From: Candidatus Nomurabacteria bacterium
GTDB lineage: Bacteria; Patescibacteriota; Minisyncoccia; Phycocordibacterales; UBA9973
DNA length: 64,000 nucleotides
Assembly (NCBI GenBank): GCA_963832025.1
Contig: CAWHSF010000003.1
Span: forward strand, 207,665-271,664
Reading direction: 5' to 3'
Within the stretch, counting starts at the first letter, position 1. Every line of letters starts with the position of its first letter. The position numbers and the translations under genes were made by a program. The notes beneath the pieces are model-generated. The model was given only the letters and a program-made list of their open reading frames with translations. It was not told the origin of the DNA and made no database searches. This document shows positions 19,398 to 26,059 of this stretch, piece after piece.

Positions 19398-19454
19398 TTA
19401 CGGTAAATTATAGCTCATTTTAACTGCAAAAGATATTATAAAAATATTAAATTA

Positions 19455-19463
19455 TGTTAATAT
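19455..19463 (+). promoter_or_regulatory. extended -10 box TGtTAATAT, 6 nt before tsaE ATG
   Basis: tatgttaatat-caaaag-ATG. Confidence 0.5.
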
Positions 19464-19469
19464 CAAAAG

Positions 19470-19937
19470 ATGACTAGCGGAATAAAAAAAATATCGAAAA
19501 GCGTAAAAGAAACAAGTAAAATAGCAAAAATATTTATTGAAGAAGTTCTGAAAAATAGCAAAACCGACCAAGGCGCTTTTGTGGTTGGCTTGGTTGGGAA
19601 TTTAGGGGCAGGCAAGACAGCTTTTGCGCAAGCTGTCGCCAAACACCTGGGAGTAAAAAATAAAGTTAGTAGTCCAACTTTTGTAATTATGAAAAAATAT
19701 CCCCTAAAAAAAAATCAGAAAAATAAAAAATATGACTTTTTATTTCACTTAGATGCTTATCGCCTAAAAAATGAGCAAGAATTATTGTATTTGGGGTGGC
19801 AAGAAATTTTAGACAACGAGAAACACCTTGTCTTTATTGAATGGCCGGAAAATGTATCCAAAGTTATGCCAAAAAATATCAAGTATATTCATATTTCCGA
19901 CCAAAAAGATGGGCAAAAAGTTTTCAAATTTAAATGA
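19470..19937 (+). CDS. tsaE: tRNA t6A37 biosynthesis ATPase TsaE
   Basis: P-loop GNLGAGKTAF; SPTF motif; HLDAYRL. Confidence 0.8.
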   Translation: MTSGIKKISKSVKETSKIAKIFIEEVLKNSKTDQGAFVVGLVGNLGAGKTAFAQAVAKHLGVKNKVSSPTFVIMKKYPLKKNQKNKKYDFLFHLDAYRLKNEQELLYLGWQEILDNEKHLVFIEWPENVSKVMPKNIKYIHISDQKDGQKVFKFK

Positions 19938-19943
19938 TATAAT
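19935..19943 (+). promoter_or_regulatory. extended -10 box TGaTATAAT upstream of polA
   Basis: Overlaps the tsaE stop codon. Followed by the family H hairpin and then ATG 19993. Confidence 0.4.
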
Positions 19944-19947
19944 TCCA

Positions 19948-19981
19948 CTTGTTGGACAACAATTTCCCGTTGTTCGACAAG
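19948..19981. repeat. family H palindromic repeat (degenerate copy) in polA leader
   Basis: CTTGTtggACAACaatttcccGTTGTtcgACAAG; compare 39233-39268 and 53515-53551. Confidence 0.55.
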
Positions 19982-19992
19982 AAAGACAAAAA

Positions 19993-22434
19993 ATGAAAAC
20001 GGAAAATAAAAATTCAACTAAAACAATGGTCCTATTAGATGCTCACGCGATAATACATCGCGCCTATCATGCGTTGCCGGAGTTTTTATCATCCAGCGGT
20101 GAACCTACTGGCGCTCTGTACGGGCTTTCCAGCATGTTGATGAAAATTATCACCGAACTCAAACCGGACTATATTGCTGCTTGTTATGATTTGCCGCAAA
20201 AAACTTTTCGTCACGAAGCTTATGATGCCTACAAAGCTGGCCGGGCAAAAACAGATGAAGCACTGGTGGTGCAACTAAAAAAATCCAGACAAATTTTTGA
20301 AGCTTTCAACATACCTATTTATGATGCCCCTGGTTTCGAGGCGGATGATGTTTTGGGAACAATCGTTGAAAAATATAAAAAAGACAAAAGCATCAATATC
20401 ATTATCGCTTCTGGAGACATGGATACGATGCAGTTGGTTGATGATAAGAAAGTTCAAGTTTACACTCTAAAAAAAGGAATCAATGAAACCATTTTATATG
20501 ACGAAGATGCAGTAATGGAACGTTTCCATTTCAAACCGAAACTTTTGCCGGACTACAAAGGTTTGCGTGGCGACCCATCGGATAACATTATTGGCATAAA
20601 AGGCATTGGAGAAAAAACAGCGGAAAATTTAATTGTCAATTTTGGAACCATCGAGGAAATATATAAAAAAATAAAAAAAGACAAAGAAGCTTTCGTGAAA
20701 GCAAACATAAGCCTCAGAATAATTGAATTATTGAAAGAGAACGAAGAGGAAGCTCTGTTTTCAAAAACATTAGCGACCATTCGCAAAGATGCGCCGATAA
20801 ATTTTACATTACCGGCAAAAACTTTTTGGGAAAACATTGACTCTAAAAAAGTGGAACAAGTTTTCATGGATTTTGAGTTTAAAAGTTTGATGGCTCGCTT
20901 GAAGAATTTTTTTAGCGAGAATTCGACGGGTGTTGCTCAGAGGAGTCTTCGCAACGACCAGAAAGAACTTGCCCTTCCAGGACGGGGTGCGAACGACGGC
21001 GAGCAATATCCACCGAATTCTCAAATCATTAATCCTCAAAAGTTGCAAGAAGCCAGCATTGTTCTTTGGCTCATCAATTCCGATATTTCTACTCCTGGCT
21101 TAGAAGATATGTATTTCTTTGCAAAGACTGAGTCTTTTGATGTGGCTTATGAGTACATTTTTAAACAGCTAAAAGAAAGAAAGTTAGATAAAGTATATGA
21201 AGAAATCGAAAAACCGATTATTGGTGTCGTAAAAAAGATGGAAGATTTTGGAATTCTGATAGATAAAAAATATTTTGAAAAATTATCTCTTGAATACCAC
21301 AAAGAATTGGATATTTTGACCAAAAACATTTACAAAATGGCTGGAACAGAATTTAATATTAATTCTCCAAAACAGCTAGGCGAAATTCTTTTTGGTAAGC
21401 TTGGCATGAAATCTGGTAAGAAAAAAAGTGCCAATGGTAGTTTTTCCACCAAGGTTTCCATTCTGGAAGACCTTGCCGAAGAAAATGAAATTATTAAAGA
21501 AATTTTAGCTTACAGAGAGTTACAGAAATTGCTTTCTACCTACGTTGATGTCATTCCAAAAATGGCAGGGCCAGATGGACGACTGCATTCAAAATTTATA
21601 CAAAATGCCACTACAACTGGCAGGTTTTCTTCAATTGACCCAAACTTGCAAAATTTACCAATTAAAACAGAATTAGGTAGAAGAATCCGTGGTGGTTTCG
21701 TAGCTTCCAAAAATCATAAGCTAGCAGCTTTTGATTATAGCCAAATTGAATTACGGGTGGCAGCGATACTTTCCGGAGACAAAAACATGACTGAAATATT
21801 CCGTGACCGCAAAGACATTCATGCCGGAGTCGCCTCTTTTGTTTTTGGTGTGCCGATAGAGCGTGTTGATAGTGAAATGCGTCGCCGAGCAAAAGTCATC
21901 AACTTTGGCATTATTTACGGCATGGGGGTTTCTGCCTTACGAAAAAATCTGGGAGGTACCCGTGAAGAAGCGCAAAAATTTTACGATAATTATTTTAATC
22001 AATTTTCTGGAGTGCGAGATTATTTAGAAAGCGTGAAAATGTTTGCTGCTAAAAATTCCTTTACAGAGACATTGTTTGGTCGTAGGCGTTACTTCCCAAA
22101 TATCAATTCCCGAATTCCTTTTTTGAAAAACACGGCTGAACGTACTGCGACCAATGCTCCACTGCAAGGCACAGCCGCTGATATTATCAAACTTGCTATC
22201 AGATACGCTGAAGAAGATTTAAATAAAAAAGGATTGCTTTCGAAAGTTCATCTCGTGCTTCAAATCCATGATGAACTGGTTTACGAAATAGAAGATGATG
22301 TTTTAGAAGAGGCTGATAAAATAATAAAGCAGGCGATGGAAGAGGTGCTAGAAAGATCATATTTGCATTACAAAACAGACATTCCTTTACTGGTTCGCTC
22401 TGGTTTTGGTGACAATTTTGGGGAAGTAAAATAA
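19993..22434 (+). CDS. polA: DNA polymerase I (5' nuclease + polymerase domains)
   Basis: 5'-nuclease N-terminus (LLDAHAIIHRAYHAL); polymerase motifs DYSQIELRV and QIHDELV. The ORF is open from 19828, but ATG 19993 follows tsaE. Confidence 0.9.
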   Translation: MKTENKNSTKTMVLLDAHAIIHRAYHALPEFLSSSGEPTGALYGLSSMLMKIITELKPDYIAACYDLPQKTFRHEAYDAYKAGRAKTDEALVVQLKKSRQIFEAFNIPIYDAPGFEADDVLGTIVEKYKKDKSINIIIASGDMDTMQLVDDKKVQVYTLKKGINETILYDEDAVMERFHFKPKLLPDYKGLRGDPSDNIIGIKGIGEKTAENLIVNFGTIEEIYKKIKKDKEAFVKANISLRIIELLKENEEEALFSKTLATIRKDAPINFTLPAKTFWENIDSKKVEQVFMDFEFKSLMARLKNFFSENSTGVAQRSLRNDQKELALPGRGANDGEQYPPNSQIINPQKLQEASIVLWLINSDISTPGLEDMYFFAKTESFDVAYEYIFKQLKERKLDKVYEEIEKPIIGVVKKMEDFGILIDKKYFEKLSLEYHKELDILTKNIYKMAGTEFNINSPKQLGEILFGKLGMKSGKKKSANGSFSTKVSILEDLAEENEIIKEILAYRELQKLLSTYVDVIPKMAGPDGRLHSKFIQNATTTGRFSSIDPNLQNLPIKTELGRRIRGGFVASKNHKLAAFDYSQIELRVAAILSGDKNMTEIFRDRKDIHAGVASFVFGVPIERVDSEMRRRAKVINFGIIYGMGVSALRKNLGGTREEAQKFYDNYFNQFSGVRDYLESVKMFAAKNSFTETLFGRRRYFPNINSRIPFLKNTAERTATNAPLQGTAADIIKLAIRYAEEDLNKKGLLSKVHLVLQIHDELVYEIEDDVLEEADKIIKQAMEEVLERSYLHYKTDIPLLVRSGFGDNFGEVK
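20917..21022 (+). repeat. family A palindrome-ended repeat, in-frame inside polA
   Basis: TIR GAGAATTCG...CGAATTCTC. The core matches the reverse complement of 24739-24830. Confidence 0.8.
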
Positions 22435-22442
22435 AAAATTTA

Positions 22443-22451
22443 TGTTATAAT
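22443..22451 (+). promoter_or_regulatory. extended -10 box TGtTATAAT, 6 nt before ATG 22458
   Basis: tatgttataat-agatgg-ATG. Confidence 0.55.
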
Positions 22452-22457
22452 AGATGG

Positions 22458-22925
22458 ATGGAAAACAACCCCCCGGATATCTACAAGAATAAAGTCCATA
22501 AAATTTTAGCCCGTTCTTACTCTGTTTATCTAGTTTTTTTCTTGCTAGGCGTGTATTTAAATTTAATTTTTAACTTCAAAGTTTTTGCTAGTTCTATCGT
22601 TACACCGATTGGCCTTCTTTTCTTAATACTTGGAACTTTTTTAGCCATCTGGGCACAAAAAACGTCTAGAAATTTAGATACAAAAAATTTAACGAAAGAA
22701 GTTTTTTACAAGGGGCCGTATCGTTTTACCAGTACACCTACCAACTTCGGATTATTTTTTTTGATGTTGGGCTTTGGGATGATTGCGAACTCCTTTTTTA
22801 TCATGACTTGTTCTTGTATCGCCTTCGTGATTGCTAGGTTTGTTCTTCTGGTACAAGAAGAACAAGTTCTCGCGGAGAAATACGGTATCCCTTATATAGA
22901 ATATAAAAAAATAGTTAAGTTTTAA
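22458..22925 (+). CDS. membrane methyltransferase-like protein (ICMT/PEMT-like family)
   Basis: 155 aa, about 4 TM. C-terminal LVQEEQVLAEKYGIPYIEYKKIV resembles isoprenylcysteine carboxyl methyltransferase family tails. Confidence 0.5.
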   Translation: MENNPPDIYKNKVHKILARSYSVYLVFFLLGVYLNLIFNFKVFASSIVTPIGLLFLILGTFLAIWAQKTSRNLDTKNLTKEVFYKGPYRFTSTPTNFGLFFLMLGFGMIANSFFIMTCSCIAFVIARFVLLVQEEQVLAEKYGIPYIEYKKIVKF

Positions 22926-22928
22926 TGT

Positions 22929-23576
22929 ATGATATATCTATTTTCCGGAGACGATACAAAAAAGAAAAATGTTATCTATGAGGAATTTATAAATTCCTTG
23001 CCAAAAAATGCCGAGATTTTTTCTTTTAGCAGAAATAATTTTGATAAAGTTCAAATAGAAAGCCTTTATTCCGGCTCAAGCTTGTTTTCAAATAAATCCA
23101 TAATTGTATTTTCCAACATTCTGGAATACGAAGAAAACAGGAATTTTATTCTTGATAAATTAAAATTAATTGCGGAATCGAATAATATTTTTGTTTTTTT
23201 AGAGGGGAAATTAAATAAACCCATAGTTGATGCTTTTAAAAAAAATAATGCCGAAATAAACCTTTTTGAATTACTCAAAGAGAAAAAAGAAAAATTTGAT
23301 AATTTTCTTATAGCTAATGCTTTTGCCAATAAAGATAAGTTGAATACATGGATCTATTTTAGGCGGGGGATAGAAGCTGATGCAAGCCTGGAAGAAGTTA
23401 CCGGTATTCTTTTCTGGAAAATCAAGGACATGATTTTGAAAAAGAATTTCAGTAAATTCAAAGAAGAACAATTAAAAACCTTTGTCTCAAAATTAAGTTA
23501 TATTGTGCCGGAGGCCAGAAAAAACGGTCGCGACGCTGAATCCACCCTCGAGCAATTTTTACTTGAAGCTTTCTAG
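22929..23576 (+). CDS. holA: DNA polymerase III delta subunit-like (short)
   Basis: N-terminus MIYLFSGDDTKKK... is typical of HolA. Only 215 aa. Confidence 0.5.
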   Translation: MIYLFSGDDTKKKNVIYEEFINSLPKNAEIFSFSRNNFDKVQIESLYSGSSLFSNKSIIVFSNILEYEENRNFILDKLKLIAESNNIFVFLEGKLNKPIVDAFKKNNAEINLFELLKEKKEKFDNFLIANAFANKDKLNTWIYFRRGIEADASLEEVTGILFWKIKDMILKKNFSKFKEEQLKTFVSKLSYIVPEARKNGRDAESTLEQFLLEAF

Positions 23577-23581
23577 AATTG

Positions 23582-23590
23582 TGTTATTAT
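23582..23590 (+). promoter_or_regulatory. extended -10 box TGtTATTAT, 9 nt before tRNA-Lys 5' end
   Basis: gtgttattat-caaaatcat-GCGCCCG. Confidence 0.5.
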
Positions 23591-23599
23591 CAAAATCAT

Positions 23600-23672
23600 G
23601 CGCCCGTAGCTCAGCTGGTAGAGCAGATCCCTTTTAAGGATAAGGTCCTCGGTTCGATCCCGAGCGGGCGCA
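23600..23672 (+). tRNA. tRNA-Lys (anticodon UUU)
   Basis: Hand-folded cloverleaf: acceptor GCGCCCG/CGGGCGC; anticodon loop CTTTTAA; T-loop TTCGATC. Confidence 0.9.
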
Positions 23673-23699
23673 CAAAGTAATTGTCTCTTTTTAATTTTC

Positions 23700-25949
23700 A
23701 TGCAAAAAAATATTTTTAAATTAAAGAATTTATGGGAACCAGCGGGGGATCAGCCGAAGGCTATTTCTAAGCTGGTAGAAGGTTTAGAGAAGGGAATGAA
23801 GAAACAAACATTGTTGGGCGCAACCGGAACTGGCAAAACTTTTACCATGGCCAATGTCATTGCGCAGTACAACAAACCGACGCTCGTAATAGCTCACAAC
23901 AAAACTCTGGCTGCCCAGCTCGCGCAAGAATTTCGCCAGTTTTTCCCCGATGCGGCCGTGCATTATTTTGTTTCTTATTATGACTATTATCAACCGGAAG
24001 CATATATGCCTGCTTCGGATACTTATATCGAAAAAGATGCTTCCATCAATAAAGAAATAGATATGCTTCGTCACGCCAGCACACAAGCATTACTTACCAG
24101 GCGTGACGTGATTATCGTCGCTTCGGTTTCCTGTATTTATGGGCTGGGTTCTCCCGAAGAATATGAAAAAGTAAATTTAAAACTTGAACTTGGCATGAAA
24201 CTGGACCGCATGACTTTAATGAGAAAACTGATTGAGATTCATTTTGAAAGAACCAACGCGGATTTGAGTCCAGGGCAATTTCGTTCGATTGGTTCGCGAG
24301 TGGAATTTATGCCGGTGTCGGAGACTGTCATGTATCAAATAGAATTTGGAACGTCGGACCTTAAGGGGATTCAAGGTCCGACGTTAACAAAAATAATCAA
24401 AGTTGATCCGGTATCCTCGAAAATAATCGAAGAAATAAAACCCGCCGAAGGACGGGCAGGCATTTTCATTTTTCCGGCAAAACATTTTATTACTGAAGAA
24501 GTAAAAAAGCAAAAGGCATTGATTGAAATTAAAAAAGAATTAAATAAACAATTGAAAAAATTTGAAAAAGAAGGAAAGTTGCTCGAAGCTGAGCGTATTA
24601 AGAGAAGAACAAACTATGACCTAGCGATGATTCGCGAAGTTGGTTATTGCAACGGCATCGAAAATTATTCTCGGCATCTGTCGGGTAAATTGGAAGGTGA
24701 ACCGCCAGAAACTCTGCTTTCATATTTTCCGCATAGGGCTCGAGATTATTCTCGCCGTCGTTCGCACTCCGTCCTGGAAGGGCAAGAAAGTTCTGGTCGC
24801 AACGAAGACTCCTCTGAGAACAATCTCGAACCCGATTTCCTTACGATTATAGATGAATCGCATGTTACACTTCCGCAACTGCAAGGCATGTATGCCGGAG
24901 ATGCTTCCAGAAAAGAAACCCTAGTAGAATATGGATTCAGATTGCCATCAGCTAAGGACAACAGACCCCTTAAATTTAATGAATTTGAAGAAAGAATAAA
25001 TAATGTAATTTATACTTCTGCCACACCTGGAGAATTTGAAAGATCTAATAGTAATCAAACAGTAGAACAGATAATCAGACCCACTGGTTTGGTTGATCCA
25101 GAAATAGAAGTAAAGTCGGTAAGCGAAAAAGAAGATTACAAGGGCCAAATTCAAGATTTTATTTTTGAGACAGAAAAAACAATCAAAAAAGGTTTCCGCG
25201 TTTTAGCGACCACCCTCACAAAAAAAATGGCGGAGGACCTCTCAACATATTTGAAGGATAAAAAAATCAAAGCGGAATATTTACATAGTGATATAAAAAC
25301 AATGGAACGAATAAAAATTCTCACTCAGTTTAGAAAAGGAGAATTTGATGTTTTGGTTGGAGTAAACTTACTTCGCGAGGGACTTGATTTACCTGAAGTT
25401 GCTTTAATCGGTATTTTAGATGCTGATAAATCCGGATTTTTACGTTCGGAAACAGCGCTAGTGCAAACCATCGGTCGCGCAGCCAGAAATAGCGAAGGAA
25501 AAGTTATTCTATATGCGGACATCATGACTCCGGCCATGGAATATGCTATTTCCGAAACTACTCGCCGGAGAAATATTCAGCTTGCTTATAATAAAAAACA
25601 TGGTATCACTCCGAAGACAATTATGAAAAAGATAAATGACATTACCGAAGAGTTGGAAAGTGAACATGGGAAAACAGTGAATGCGGAATTAAACCTTGAT
25701 TTGGAAGTTTTCAAACGAGCTTACGCCAAAGAGTTAAAATTAGACAAAAGTAAACTAACAAAAAAGAATGGACTAACTGAAGTTAAATTACACATGTCCG
25801 ACGAAGAGAGAAGCAACTTAGTCTATGAAAAAATAATAAAAATCAAGGAAAAAGAAATGAGTAAAGCAGTTAAAGAATTGGATTTCGAAACCGCAGCGAT
25901 TCTGCGTGATGAAATTGGAGTTTTGAAATTACGTTTGGAGAAAAAATAA
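23700..25949 (+). CDS. uvrB: excinuclease ABC subunit B
   Basis: GATGTGKTF; DESHVTLPQ; helicase C motifs; C-terminal UVR domain (FETAAILRDEI). Carries three inserted repeat segments. Confidence 0.95.
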   Translation: MQKNIFKLKNLWEPAGDQPKAISKLVEGLEKGMKKQTLLGATGTGKTFTMANVIAQYNKPTLVIAHNKTLAAQLAQEFRQFFPDAAVHYFVSYYDYYQPEAYMPASDTYIEKDASINKEIDMLRHASTQALLTRRDVIIVASVSCIYGLGSPEEYEKVNLKLELGMKLDRMTLMRKLIEIHFERTNADLSPGQFRSIGSRVEFMPVSETVMYQIEFGTSDLKGIQGPTLTKIIKVDPVSSKIIEEIKPAEGRAGIFIFPAKHFITEEVKKQKALIEIKKELNKQLKKFEKEGKLLEAERIKRRTNYDLAMIREVGYCNGIENYSRHLSGKLEGEPPETLLSYFPHRARDYSRRRSHSVLEGQESSGRNEDSSENNLEPDFLTIIDESHVTLPQLQGMYAGDASRKETLVEYGFRLPSAKDNRPLKFNEFEERINNVIYTSATPGEFERSNSNQTVEQIIRPTGLVDPEIEVKSVSEKEDYKGQIQDFIFETEKTIKKGFRVLATTLTKKMAEDLSTYLKDKKIKAEYLHSDIKTMERIKILTQFRKGEFDVLVGVNLLREGLDLPEVALIGILDADKSGFLRSETALVQTIGRAARNSEGKVILYADIMTPAMEYAISETTRRRNIQLAYNKKHGITPKTIMKKINDITEELESEHGKTVNAELNLDLEVFKRAYAKELKLDKSKLTKKNGLTEVKLHMSDEERSNLVYEKIIKIKEKEMSKAVKELDFETAAILRDEIGVLKLRLEKK
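24350..24385. repeat. 36-bp perfect hairpin in-frame inside uvrB
   Basis: AACGTCGGACCTT-aaggggattc-AAGGTCCGACGTT (13-bp perfect arms); encodes GTSDLKGIQGPT. Confidence 0.7.
24441..24460. repeat. short GC-rich hairpin in-frame inside uvrB
   Basis: CCCGccgaaggaCGGGcagg encodes PAEGRAG; shares its terminal CGGGCAGG with the yebC insert. Confidence 0.35.
24739..24830 (-). repeat. family A palindrome-ended repeat, in-frame inside uvrB (inverted relative to polA copy)
   Basis: TIR CTCGAGATT...AATCTCGAA. Encodes ...RARDYSRRRSHSVLEGQESSGRNEDSSENNLEP between conserved YFP and DFLTIIDESH. Confidence 0.8.
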
Positions 25950-26059
25950 CAAATAAAGACTTTTTTAATTTTTGTGATATAGTATATTTACTTTAATATT
26001 GATACACACCCCCCTATGAAGAGAGCGGGTGTTCTTTGGTCCATATTGAATTTTAAATT

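Noticed and set aside
25990-26035. ACACCC...GGGTGT hairpin upstream of uvrA as another family E copy
   Set aside because: There is only a 6-bp stem, with no match to the GGTGTGGGGGTAAA flank. This is too weak to assign.
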